Assembly: GCA_918797485.1 (NCBI GenBank)
Contig: CAKKNE010000002.1
Span: 2,046,001 to 2,110,000 of the forward strand
DNA: 64,000 nucleotides
Direction of reading: 5' to 3'
From: Pelagomonas calceolata
Taxonomy: Eukaryota
Positions 50,917 through 60,528 of the stretch are shown here, piece by piece (position 1 is the stretch's first letter; every line of letters begins with the position of its first letter). The translations under genes were made by a program, and so were the position numbers. Under the pieces are notes generated by a model. That model saw only the letters and a list, made by a program, of their open reading frames with translations. It did not search any database and was not told the DNA's origin.

Positions 50917-51903
50917 CTACCCGAAGAAAAACCTACCCCGCGCCCCCGGGTCAATCGCGGTGAACAGTGCGAGCAGCAGCCCGAACTGCAGTTGCAGCTT
51001 CGCCGTCCGCCCGACGTAGGGATTTAAAGCCGCGCCGTCCTCCTCCATGATACCTAGGCAGCAGCCCACGGCGGCCTTGGACGTAAGTATTGGTACCGCG
51101 GCCCACGCGTACGGCGCGCCGAATAAAAACGGTGAAAGGAACGTCAAAATGTGCGCCCACCGCACCAGATTGACGTACTCGCGGACGGCGAACATCTCAC
51201 CAAAACGAACAGCGAGCGTTCGTTTGCCACATCGAGCGTCCGTCTCGCGGTCTCGCAGGTTGTTCACAACAATAATAGCCGTCGCCAGGAACCCTAAACA
51301 AACGGCCGCCACCATCAGTTGTGAGGGAGCGCCCGTGCCACCCGACAAGTAATAGGGCGCCACCGTCGCGACCACGCCAAAATACGCAAAAACGAACACG
51401 TCACCAAGCCCCGTATAACCGAGCGACACCCATCCTAAGCCGACATAGCCGAGCGGGTAGGGCCCGCCCGTGTAGGCCACCGCATTAAAAACTGATGTCC
51501 ATGTAACGAACCACATCCATCGCCCCGCTTCTCTAGATAACTGCACGCCAATGCCGTGCGCGAGTCCTAATGAAAGCGTGGCGAGCCCCGCCGTCTGTCT
51601 CGGTGTTAACCAGCCTTTTTGGGTCGCCCGCGCTTGTCCTATCCTGTTTTCGTCGTCGGCACCCTTCACAAAGTCGGCGTAGTCGTTGTGCAAATTCGTG
51701 CCAATTTGAATCAAACACGCAAAGACCCAGAAGCGGAACGATTTATTTGCGTCGGCGGCGCTTCCTAATAAGTGCCGTGTGACGCAGTGGCCGACGAGCA
51801 CGGGCGTGAAACTTGCAGCGAGCGTGTTCGGGCGGGACGCGAGCAGGAGGACCTTCCACAAGGGCGGTTTTGCTTCTTTTTGCTGGCGGCGCGTGGTGAC
51901 CAT
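50917..51903 (-). CDS. menA: 1,4-dihydroxy-2-naphthoate prenyltransferase (MenA, UbiA family)
   Basis: ASRPNTLAASFTPVLVG, QIGTNLHNDYADFVKGAD, YTGGPYPLGYVGLG, NNLRDRETDARCGKRTLAVRFG. Confidence 0.92.
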   Translation of the reverse strand: MVTTRRQQKEAKPPLWKVLLLASRPNTLAASFTPVLVGHCVTRHLLGSAADANKSFRFWVFACLIQIGTNLHNDYADFVKGADDENRIGQARATQKGWLTPRQTAGLATLSLGLAHGIGVQLSREAGRWMWFVTWTSVFNAVAYTGGPYPLGYVGLGWVSLGYTGLGDVFVFAYFGVVATVAPYYLSGGTGAPSQLMVAAVCLGFLATAIIVVNNLRDRETDARCGKRTLAVRFGEMFAVREYVNLVRWAHILTFLSPFLFGAPYAWAAVPILTSKAAVGCCLGIMEEDGAALNPYVGRTAKLQLQFGLLLALFTAIDPGARGRFFFG

Positions 51904-52115
51904 GATTGTGATGCCGCGTCAATGTCTGGCGCTCTCCTTGTCAGTTTGCTCTCCTTGTTGTGTCAGAGAGCTGTGAGCAGCAAAGTGTCGCAGCGATGGC
52001 GAACGATGGCGAAGGCCAATGATACGGAGCAGTGGGGCAGTGATGCTTCGTGCCACGGAGCACCAATGCTTCCCGCTGCCCTTAACACCGCAGGCAAGCG
52101 CGGAGGGCTTGTTTG

Positions 52116-52135
52116 CTAGTGTCTTCATCCGCTAG
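52116..52135. promoter_or_regulatory. Bipartite CTAG upstream element
   Basis: (GTTTG)CTAGTGTCTTCATCCGCTAG upstream of menA. Confidence 0.65.
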
Positions 52136-52276
52136 CTGCTTATTGAGCCCTGGAAGCCGCACGGCCGCGCGTCCACCTAATTCACGGGTTTGCGCGTCGA
52201 TTGTTTGTCATAGAATAGCCCTAGAAGCGAAACGACTCGGTTCATCGTACGCGCGTGACGTAAGAGAGAGAAGTCC

Positions 52277-55015
52277 TTAGTACATGTCCGGCACGACCCG
52301 CGCGGCCCCGAGCTGGTACTTGCGCCCCGGCGACCGCGAGAAGTACCCCTTCTTCGTGGCCTGGCCCTTGTAGGTCTCGGCCAGGTCCTCGATCTCGGAG
52401 ACGCCGACCCACTTGCCCGCGTCCGTGTCCGGCTTGTCGTCGCGCCACTCGCCGATGAACTGCGAGCCGTCGGCGTAGGTGCACTCGCCGAGGCCGTGGC
52501 GGCCGTTCGCCGCGAAGTGGCCCTCGTACACATCACCGTTCGCCAGCTTGAGCACGCCCTTGGCTCTATGGTCGTTCCAGTACTCGCCTTCGAACGCGGA
52601 CCCGTCCTGGTCGCGCGCCGCACAGGCGCCGCAGCGTAGGCCCTCGGCCCACATGCCCTCGTAGTGGACCTCCTTCGCGGCGTACTCGGTATCTCCTCGA
52701 GTTCCGGCCCACGTGCCCTGGCCGTGGCGCTCGTTTCGCTCCCACTCGCCGGAGTAGCGCCCGAAGGGATTTTCATAGTCACCGGTGCCCCACCGTTGCC
52801 CAATCTGCCACGCTCCTTGATAATCGCCGCCGTCCGCGTAGATTTGATGCCCGGATCCATGTCGCAGGTGCTTTTGGAAATACCCCTCATAGACATCGCC
52901 CGCCGGTTCATCTAACCGACCATGATATCTAGAATCATCTCGGAACTCGCCCTCGAACGTCGCGCCGTCGTGGTACTTGCTGGAAGCCATGCCGCACCTC
53001 AATCCAAGATGCCACGCGCCGGCGTACGCCGCCTCGTCGTCGGGCCTATTGATACCTTCCCAGTCCCCATAACCTTCTTCCTTATCTTGGGCCCAGCCGC
53101 CATGATACACGCCGTTCTCGTCCGTATGCGTGCCCTGGCCGTGGCGCATATCATCCAACCACTCGCCTTCGTAAGCAGCTCCCGACGCATATTTTTGTGA
53201 ACCCCGCCCGCACCGCACGTCGTGGACGTATTTTCCGATGTAGTGATCTCTATTCGCGAACCGCATGTCGCCGTCGCCGTTTCTATTACCCGTGCGCCAC
53301 GACCCCTTGTAGACGCCCCCATCCGCGTAGAACATGTCTCCAAGGCCATGCCTCAAGTCGTCCTTCCACAGGCCCTCATATTTACCACTATCAGCATAGT
53401 CGCAGACGCCCTCGCCGTGCCTTCCGTGTTCCCCGAAGTAGCCCACATAAACATCGCCGTTCGCGAGCCAATATGTGCCATAATAACGCCAGTCGTCCCT
53501 ATATTCTCCTTCAAATCTAGAGCCGTCCTCGTACCTCGAGATCCCCTTCCCGTGCCGCAGGTCCTTCTCCCAGGCCCCTTCGTAGTAGCACTCGCCAAAG
53601 GTATCGCGGCCGGGGCCCTCCCACGTACCTTCTCCATGTCTCTTGTCGTCCTTCCAGTCCCCATTATACACACCACCTCCATTAACAGAAGCGTACTGGC
53701 AGCGGCCCGTGCCGCACCGTAGGCCCGCGACGAACTGGCCTTCATATAAATCGCCGTCCTCCGTCTCCTGGCGGCCCCAGCCCTCCGCTATACTTTCAAA
53801 TTCTTCGGGCGGCTCCTCGTAGGAGTGGGCCAGTCGACATTCCGCGAAGCGGCATAAGTATTCACTTGTCTGGAGCCAGCACGTCGGCACGCTCGTCGAG
53901 TCGACAACATCAATACCCACGATGCTATCCCGCGATACGCCGCCCATACACAAAATGCCCGGCGCGTCCTCCAGGTCGACATATATGGAAGCGTGGCCGC
54001 AGGGCTGATACGCACGACCCATCTTCGGCTGCGACGTTTCATTTCGCCACTCTCCAGCTGTCAAATCTAATGAAGCGACGTGGTCTTCTTCCAGCTCGCA
54101 CGGCACTTGTAACACTACGGCATCATCGTCTTCCCCATGGAACGACGCGCCGCCCAGCACTACCAACGTATACGTATCTCCTTTGACGTAGCTGACAGCA
54201 GCATGCAGAAAGCGCGGCACGCCCTGCTGCTCCACACAGGCCCAGCGCGCCGGGTCGCGCACGGGCACCTGGTCCAAGGACGGCTCCTCGTAGAAGAACG
54301 CTGCCGAACAGTCGAGGACCCATAACTCCTCAGGAGCATGAACTAAATCGCCATTCTCCGCCATTACAAGACCACCTGTTAACACAGCGTGCCTCGCCTT
54401 GTCGCCCACACTCGTGAGCGTGTGGAAGGCCCTTTGACTAGGCTTCGGGCCTTTTGTTGCTAGTTTCGCCCAGGCCGGGGATTGGTGCGGATCCAAGACC
54501 CAGACGTCGTCCATTAATGAATTGCCATTGCGGCCGCCGTGCACGAGGCCGACATCCCTTGAGTTCGTGCCAGCCACAACACAGTGGCCGGCCCAAGCTC
54601 GTTGTGACGGCCCGACGCCGTCGAGTGAGGTCCATTTTAACCCTCTCGTTGACAGTTCCGCGGCGTCCGTGCTCTCCAAAGTATTACTTTGTGAATCCTC
54701 GCCCCCGAAGACATATAAAGCATCTTGGATCGAGAATGCGGCGTGGCCCCGTCTGTTCACAACACCTTCGTTCTCGCTGTCCGGCGACCACACGCGCCCA
54801 TCGCCTTGGACGAGCGAGGCGCACCTCACCTTCAACCAGGGGTCCGCCACGCCACTCGCGTTCGGGTCGTGTCCGCCCACTAAGTACAAGACGTCGTTCG
54901 CCTGGCTCAGCGTCGCACCTAATAAAGATGATGAGGTCGTCGCGTCGAGCTCGTGGACCTCCTCGATGGTCTGCTGGCCCAGCATGCCGCCCTTGACGGC
55001 GCCCAGGGCGAGCAT
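52277..55015 (-). CDS. Kelch-repeat plus MORN-repeat protein
   Basis: N-half LYLVGG, LYVFGG, VHGG..DDVWVLD, PSQRAFHT; C-half many Y.G.W.....HG.G MORN repeats. Confidence 0.9.
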   Translation of the reverse strand: MLALGAVKGGMLGQQTIEEVHELDATTSSSLLGATLSQANDVLYLVGGHDPNASGVADPWLKVRCASLVQGDGRVWSPDSENEGVVNRRGHAAFSIQDALYVFGGEDSQSNTLESTDAAELSTRGLKWTSLDGVGPSQRAWAGHCVVAGTNSRDVGLVHGGRNGNSLMDDVWVLDPHQSPAWAKLATKGPKPSQRAFHTLTSVGDKARHAVLTGGLVMAENGDLVHAPEELWVLDCSAAFFYEEPSLDQVPVRDPARWACVEQQGVPRFLHAAVSYVKGDTYTLVVLGGASFHGEDDDAVVLQVPCELEEDHVASLDLTAGEWRNETSQPKMGRAYQPCGHASIYVDLEDAPGILCMGGVSRDSIVGIDVVDSTSVPTCWLQTSEYLCRFAECRLAHSYEEPPEEFESIAEGWGRQETEDGDLYEGQFVAGLRCGTGRCQYASVNGGGVYNGDWKDDKRHGEGTWEGPGRDTFGECYYEGAWEKDLRHGKGISRYEDGSRFEGEYRDDWRYYGTYWLANGDVYVGYFGEHGRHGEGVCDYADSGKYEGLWKDDLRHGLGDMFYADGGVYKGSWRTGNRNGDGDMRFANRDHYIGKYVHDVRCGRGSQKYASGAAYEGEWLDDMRHGQGTHTDENGVYHGGWAQDKEEGYGDWEGINRPDDEAAYAGAWHLGLRCGMASSKYHDGATFEGEFRDDSRYHGRLDEPAGDVYEGYFQKHLRHGSGHQIYADGGDYQGAWQIGQRWGTGDYENPFGRYSGEWERNERHGQGTWAGTRGDTEYAAKEVHYEGMWAEGLRCGACAARDQDGSAFEGEYWNDHRAKGVLKLANGDVYEGHFAANGRHGLGECTYADGSQFIGEWRDDKPDTDAGKWVGVSEIEDLAETYKGQATKKGYFSRSPGRKYQLGAARVVPDMY

Positions 55016-55298
55016 GGTCTTTGCTTGCTTGCTCTCCCTGAATGTGGGATGGGGCGCTACTGCCTTGCTGCCTTTTTGGCTTGCGCGCCGGGAGAACGGC
55101 GGGTCCTCGGGCCTTGTGCCTGCCGGTGGCTGCCCTTCCGCTTCCTGCGGCGGACGCGGCAGTAAGGAAGTAAGGAGGGAGAGCCTTTGGCGCTACTTGT
55201 GTGATGCTTGTTGGGAGCTGCGCTCGCTAGCGGTCCAGGGCGTGGGTTAGGCGTGCTGCGACGGCTGGGCTTAGGTTTTGGAGACGAGATACGACGCG

Positions 55299-55320
55299 CT
55301 AGTGCCTCACATCTCGCTAG
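55299..55320. promoter_or_regulatory. Bipartite CTAG upstream element
   Basis: CTAGTGCCTCACATCTCGCTAG, divergent region. Confidence 0.6.
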
Positions 55321-55523
55321 CTAACTCACCGAGGCTGCTCGTAAAAAAGCGCGCACAGGCGTGGACGCACGCGGCCGCGCGTTACTGTGGCCTTGAGCGG
55401 TGTTTTCAGACCGCAGTTCCATATTTGTCGCGTCGGCGCTGGATCCAGCAGCTCTGTGCCTGGCCTAGACGCTGGCCGACGCGCAGACGCTATCGACGCG
55501 CATCACTCAACCTCTCATATATC

Positions 55524-56264
55524 ATGGCGCTCGCGCGCGCCCTCTACCGCGCGGCGCTGCGCGGCGCGAACGCCGTCGAGCAGGCGGAAGGAGGACTGAT
55601 GCAAATTGTGGGCCCTGTGAACAGCGCCGAGTGGGGCTCATACCGCCGCCTGACCGCGCAAGACCGCGACGAGCAGCGAGAAGCACTGTTTCCCTGGGCG
55701 TCAAGTGAGGATACACTGTCCGAGCCTGGTGCACTCACCGGCGGGGAGCTACGGGCGCTCGCGCGGCGGCGGTTCCGTTCAACAACAACTGACGCCGACG
55801 CGGCCTTGGACGATGGCTTGGCGGCTCTGAGGGCGTTGAACGACCTCCTGGAAGTGCACGCCGGCAGCGCGTCCCGAGAAACGGCCGGCGTGCGCGTGTC
55901 GGCCACCGCTTCTTACGTGGGCATGGCCAACTCGGGCGCCCACGTCTTCGCGTATCGGTTGCGCATCGCGAACAAGCGGCCGGACACCGTGCGGCTCGAG
56001 TCGCGGCGCTGGGCGATCACGGCCTTGCCCGACGGTGAAGAAGAGGAGGTCGTGCCGCGCGGGTCTCCGGGAGTGGTCGGTCAGACGCCGACACTTGGGC
56101 AAGGTGCCGAGTTCGAGTACGCGTCGGGCACGGAGCTCCAGGCCGCGGCCGGGACCGTGCGGGGCAGCTTCGAGTTCGTCTCCCTCGAGGGCGACGAGCG
56201 CTTCGAGGCCGAGGTGCCGCCCTTTGCGCTGGTGGCGCCTCCCTCCTCCGAGGCTAATATGTGA
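55524..56264 (+). CDS. ApaG-domain protein with LYR-like N-terminus
   Basis: MALARALYRAALR; HVFAYRLRIAN..DTVRLESRRWAI, PGVVGQTPTL, FEYASGT, GTVRGSFEF. Confidence 0.88.
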   Translation: MALARALYRAALRGANAVEQAEGGLMQIVGPVNSAEWGSYRRLTAQDRDEQREALFPWASSEDTLSEPGALTGGELRALARRRFRSTTTDADAALDDGLAALRALNDLLEVHAGSASRETAGVRVSATASYVGMANSGAHVFAYRLRIANKRPDTVRLESRRWAITALPDGEEEEVVPRGSPGVVGQTPTLGQGAEFEYASGTELQAAAGTVRGSFEFVSLEGDERFEAEVPPFALVAPPSSEANM

Positions 56265-56267
56265 GTG

Positions 56268-56606
56268 TTACTTAGGCCGGTCGTCGTCGCCGCGGTAGAA
56301 GGCCTCGGTCGCGCGCGCGACGGTCTCGAGGCGCTCCGTCGTCGACGCTGTTTTCGACGCCTCGACCATCTGTTGCACGCGGAGCGTCCTTGCTCTCGCC
56401 TCCGCGAGCGCGTGTTCGTCCGCTTGGCGCAGGCGCGGGATGCGGCTCATCTCCTCGCGGGCGCGCGCGAGCCTCTGTTCCGGGTCGGTGGCCGCGGTCA
56501 ACGCGTAGACAACCGCGCCGGCCGCTGTCCCGCCACCGCATGCGAGTACAATCATCTGTGTTGGTGAGAGCATTTTGTATGCCCTCCAGAGACGGTGCGA
56601 AGCCAT
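56268..56606 (-). CDS. Small hypothetical single-TM/coiled-coil protein
   Basis: MASHRLWRAY, hydrophobic IVLACGGGTAAGAVVYAL, charged helix; upstream CTAG element at 56791. Confidence 0.5.
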   Translation of the reverse strand: MASHRLWRAYKMLSPTQMIVLACGGGTAAGAVVYALTAATDPEQRLARAREEMSRIPRLRQADEHALAEARARTLRVQQMVEASKTASTTERLETVARATEAFYRGDDDRPK

Positions 56607-56790
56607 CTCTATGCTTTCAGTGTCTCTCAGTGGCTGGTGAGACTGTGCTCTTGCGCGACGCACTGGTGCTTAAGCTAGCACCAAGTTGATCGACTGGTTA
56701 CCGCAATGTATTGAAACCACCTCGGTCCATAAATAACACCGCAGCACTGGCGAATAGGCCGCCAGCTTGCTGGCTGGCCGGCTTGCCTTG

Positions 56791-56811
56791 CTAGTGTCTC
56801 ACAGCCGCTAG
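56791..56811. promoter_or_regulatory. Bipartite CTAG upstream element
   Basis: (CCTTG)CTAGTGTCTCACAGCCGCTAG upstream of the small TM gene. Confidence 0.65.
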
Positions 56812-56954
56812 CGCACGCGGGATTTCCTCAGCGCGGAGCCCTGAAAGCCGCCTCCCTGGGAAAGCTAGGGCACGCAGCCCACGGGTTTCGGCAGCAAATA
56901 ACAACTAGGTTCATACATGCCGAGCTTATCTCGGGGGATAGGATCTTGGGTCTT

Positions 56955-57420
56955 CTACGATTTCGGAGGATTCACGAGAAGGCGTAATTGCGTCGCGGCC
57001 TTGCGTAAGGTCCGGTCCGCCTTGCACGTCGTGCACGTCTTGTGCCGCTTGCCGCTCGAGGCGAAGCGCTCGAACTCCACGCCGTCGCAAGGTCTGCCGC
57101 CGCAATTCGCGCAGGGCGTCTCGTCCGAGGTTCGCGGGACCGGCGCGGCGTGCGCCGACGTGCGCCGGGCGGCGGGCGCGTCCGCGCGCCGGCGCTTGCG
57201 CGACGGCTTCGGGACCAACTGGCCGTCGACGACCGGGTTCGTCTTGCGCCGAGCTTGGACGTCTGCAGGCAGCGCGCGGACCGCCGCGTTGTAGGCGTGC
57301 GCGGCCAGCTCCTGAGTGTCGTGGAGGCCGGCCGAGCGCGTCTTGCCGTCCGCGTCTTTCACGTCCGCTCTCCAGCGCTTGTTCTGCGAGTCCCACCGCA
57401 CGCCCCAAAACTTGGAAGCC
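56955..57420 (-). pseudogene. AP2-like DNA-binding-domain fragment with CxxC motifs, no convincing start
   Basis: SKFWGVRWDSQNKRWRA..KDADGKTRSAGLHDTQELAAHAYNAAV...NPVVDGQLVPK; CANC...CTTC. The only ATG (57572) reads through the CTAG element and a CTGAGC microsatellite. Confidence 0.5.
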
Positions 57421-57444
57421 CTGATGAGCTTAATCCCGCGTGGG

Positions 57445-57466
57445 CTAGCGGCCTTTAAGACACTAG
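57445..57466. promoter_or_regulatory. Bipartite CTAG upstream element
   Basis: CTAGCGGCCTTTAAGACACTAG(CAAGC) upstream of the AP2-like fragment. Confidence 0.6.
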
Positions 57467-57639
57467 CAAGCAGTCGGGGGGAGCGGGAGGGGTACGGGGG
57501 ACCCCGCGACGTAACTAGCCTGAGCCTGAGCCTGAGCAGTAAAAAACCAGCGCCGCCACGCTCGCGACTCATTCGTCGAAGTGCCGAAGACGCGTCGCGT
57601 CACGCTCGCGCGTGGAAGGAGTCTGTACTAATACGATGC

Positions 57640-60186
57640 TTAGGCCGGAGCGGGTGCCGGCGCGTCCGCCGGCGCCGCTGGCGCCGGCGCCGGCGCCTCG
57701 GCAGCCGGTGCCGGAGCCGGCGGCGCCGGCGTGAGGATGGAATCCGGGAAGTCGAGCGCCCTGACAATATGCTCCCGCGTGTCGATGACCGTGATCGGCG
57801 TCACGGCCACGGTGCAGCCCGAGAGCTTCCACTTGATCAGCTTCTCGCGCATGGGCAGCGGCGGCCGGAAGAAGGGCTCGCGCTTCTCCCGCGGCGCGCG
57901 CGGCTTCGGCACGCGCGGTTTTGGAGGAGACGGCGCGCCGCCGCCGTTCGTGACGCCGCGCTCGTCGCGCGGCGTCAGGCGCCGGTGGTGGTCCAATAAC
58001 TCCACCAGGCGCAGCGTGTCGCCCTGCAGCACGTCGTCCTCCAGGTTCCTTCTCAAATCCCGCGCCATCTCGCCCAAGTCGGCGGATTCCCTCGCGTTGA
58101 GCAATTGATCTAAAATATGAGCCCACAGCAATTTGTTCCATCCTCTCGGTATCCTCTTCTCCAATGTAGTGACGGTCATGTCGATACCTTTGGGCTGGAT
58201 CGCGCTCACGACCATTTGATACAATATACAACCCAGGCCATATAAGTCGACCTCGCGCCGCCACGACGCCCCCTTCAGCGCCGGCGGCCAGGAGTACTCC
58301 TTGACCTGGCACGGCGACCCTTCGCTGGCAAGAAACCTTTGATCCTTGTCGAACGACCGGAGGTCCACAGATATCGAGTAGTCGATCAACGTCACGTTGT
58401 AGCCAGCGGCCGCAATTGCGTCCACAGAAGGCCCGGCACCGACCCTTGTCAGGTCCCCGTAGGACACGCATAGGTTGTCCGGCTTGATGTCCGCGTGGAT
58501 AAAATCGGCCAGATGCATCTCCTGGCACGCCTCTAGCACACCGATGGCGTAGAATAGGGCCACGGGCTCCGTGAACCGCATCTTCTGGGCGTTTAACGCT
58601 TTGGCCAACTCCGATAAAGTCGTGTCGGCGAGCCGCATGGCCACCGCTGACGCGTCTCGATAGCCGAAGAACGCCTTGAGGTCGGCTAAACCACCGACAC
58701 TCTGGGGGCCGTCTACCGGTGGTGCCTGGGCCGGTCGTATACTTCTAGCTTGAGCATGAACTAAAGGAGGCCCTCGGTCCAAGACGCGCGTGTAGCCGCG
58801 GGAAATATCATATTTCAGGTCCGCCTTGGTCCCTCCCTTCTCACAAAATTCCTTCGCAGTCGTCGAACCCTTGTAGGCGTCGAACCTCGCTGCGGAGGCG
58901 CCCTTCTTGGGGTTCTCGGTCTGGATCTCGAGGGGCGCGGCGCGCTCGATCAAGCTGCGCGCGTCCTCTGTTAATGGAGGCAGGCTCGTGGGATCTGGTG
59001 CCGGCGCGGGCGCCTCCGCGGGCGCGGGCGCCGGCGCCGGCGCCGGCTTCGCGGGCCGCCGCCGCGACACCTCGGCCAGGACCTCGATCTCGCGCTCGAT
59101 GCCGAAGCGCCGCTCCCTTCCTCCATTAAAACAGATCTTCAGCGCGCAGCGCTGCGCGTCCTTCCCCTTGAGCGTCACGTCGAAGACGGCGCCAAACGCG
59201 CCGTGGCCCAAGGCCCGATTCGCGACCCACGGCGCATTTAACAAGGAGGAGGAGCCGTCCGTGCGGGGGACCATGGTCACGTGCTCCGGGGTGGTGGCGG
59301 ACATGGGCTTCTTTTTCAGCTTAAACGGCTTGTTTTCCCGGGCGATCGTCGGTTCCACGCCGAGCTGCCTCAGGTCATCGTCCCGCCCCGGAAAGTCGCG
59401 TTTCAACAGTATGTAGGGATCCAACACTTCACCAGTAGCCTCGGGCGTCGGGTTCTCCTCGTCCCAGGGGTTCTTCTTCGGCGCGAAGTCGTCGTCCGAG
59501 TCCTCCTCTTGGGGCTTGGGCGCGGGGGCCGGCGCCTCGGCGGGCGTCTCTTCCGGCGTCACCTGTTGGGGCTCCTCAGCTTCAGCGGCCTCCTTGGCGG
59601 GCTCGGGCGCCGCGTCGTCGTCCTCGTCCATGGCGTCGCCGCGCTGCGCGGCGACCAGGCGCTCGACGAGCGTCGGCTTGTTGCCCTCCGTCGACGCGCC
59701 TACGGCCTCCAGCGCGGCCCGCAACTCCTCGACCTTCATGCGCTTGGCCGCGCTCGTCGCGGCGGCCGCGTCGAAGGCTTCTGGGGCCGGCTCCTCCGTC
59801 GCTTGCGGCGCGGCCGCGGCGCGCTGCGCGGCGATCAAGCGCTCGACGAGCACGGGTTTCGTGCCCTCGGTGTCCTCCGCGCCCGCGGCCTCGAGCGCCG
59901 CGCGGAGCTCCTCGACCTTCATGCGCTTGGCCAGCCGCGTGGCGTCCTCCTCGTCGAAGGCGGCCGGCGCGGCTTCGTCGTCGTCATTGTCGCCGGCCGC
60001 GGCGCGCTTCTTCGCGGCGACAAGGCGCTCGACGAGCGCCGGCTTGTTGCCCTCGGTGTCGTCGACTCCCGCGGCCTCGAGCGCTGCGCGCAGCTCTTCA
60101 GATTTCATGCGTTTGGCCTGCCGCGTCGCTTCTTCTTCGTCGAAAGCATCCGGCGCTGCGTCGCCCGCGCCGGCTTTCCGTTTCAT
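57640..60186 (-). CDS. BUB1-type protein kinase domain with three N-terminal SAP domains
   Basis: 3x KRMKVEELRAALEA.G..TEG.KP.LVERL; LGHGAFGAVF; EPVALFYAI..L....MH..DFIHADIKPDNL; LIDYSISVDL; W..EVDLYGL; IPRGWNKLLW...LDQLLN. Confidence 0.75.
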   Translation of the reverse strand: MKRKAGAGDAAPDAFDEEEATRQAKRMKSEELRAALEAAGVDDTEGNKPALVERLVAAKKRAAAGDNDDDEAAPAAFDEEDATRLAKRMKVEELRAALEAAGAEDTEGTKPVLVERLIAAQRAAAAPQATEEPAPEAFDAAAATSAAKRMKVEELRAALEAVGASTEGNKPTLVERLVAAQRGDAMDEDDDAAPEPAKEAAEAEEPQQVTPEETPAEAPAPAPKPQEEDSDDDFAPKKNPWDEENPTPEATGEVLDPYILLKRDFPGRDDDLRQLGVEPTIARENKPFKLKKKPMSATTPEHVTMVPRTDGSSSLLNAPWVANRALGHGAFGAVFDVTLKGKDAQRCALKICFNGGRERRFGIEREIEVLAEVSRRRPAKPAPAPAPAPAEAPAPAPDPTSLPPLTEDARSLIERAAPLEIQTENPKKGASAARFDAYKGSTTAKEFCEKGGTKADLKYDISRGYTRVLDRGPPLVHAQARSIRPAQAPPVDGPQSVGGLADLKAFFGYRDASAVAMRLADTTLSELAKALNAQKMRFTEPVALFYAIGVLEACQEMHLADFIHADIKPDNLCVSYGDLTRVGAGPSVDAIAAAGYNVTLIDYSISVDLRSFDKDQRFLASEGSPCQVKEYSWPPALKGASWRREVDLYGLGCILYQMVVSAIQPKGIDMTVTTLEKRIPRGWNKLLWAHILDQLLNARESADLGEMARDLRRNLEDDVLQGDTLRLVELLDHHRRLTPRDERGVTNGGGAPSPPKPRVPKPRAPREKREPFFRPPLPMREKLIKWKLSGCTVAVTPITVIDTREHIVRALDFPDSILTPAPPAPAPAAEAPAPAPAAPADAPAPAPA

Positions 60187-60528
60187 CTGTGCTCTCTCTG
60201 AAAAGTTGATACCAGTTTCCGGGCACTAGGGCTCGAGATTTCTTCGCTTAGGCAGCGATTCTCACAAATGCTGATGCTCCGCGCTGTGCGGGCACCCACA
60301 GCGCTGCGTAAGCGCGCACGTCGCTTTGTTCAGCGTCGTCGCGCCAGCTTGATGGACGGCGGTCTAGAGCTCCTAAAATAAATTGGTTGGAGGCCTGGAG
60401 AACTTCTACGATACGTCTCGTTCGGCTGGATCTCAAAAAAAAACGCGGCTGCGTCTGTTGTGTTTTTTGAAAACGGGTTTTGCGTGATAGCCGAGCGAAC
60501 GCTATCGACGCGACGTCTACTCCTACGG

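Noticed and set aside
1635..57466. Double-CTAG repeats read as CRISPR repeats or MITE ends
   Set aside because: They are dispersed singly with no spacer array or cas genes in a eukaryotic context, and have no TSDs or shared flanks.
1043..60186. Functional clustering of cell-cycle/growth genes (APC13, NudC, RAPTOR, BUB1-like)
   Set aside because: They are interspersed with many unrelated genes, which is compatible with chance in a gene-dense genome.
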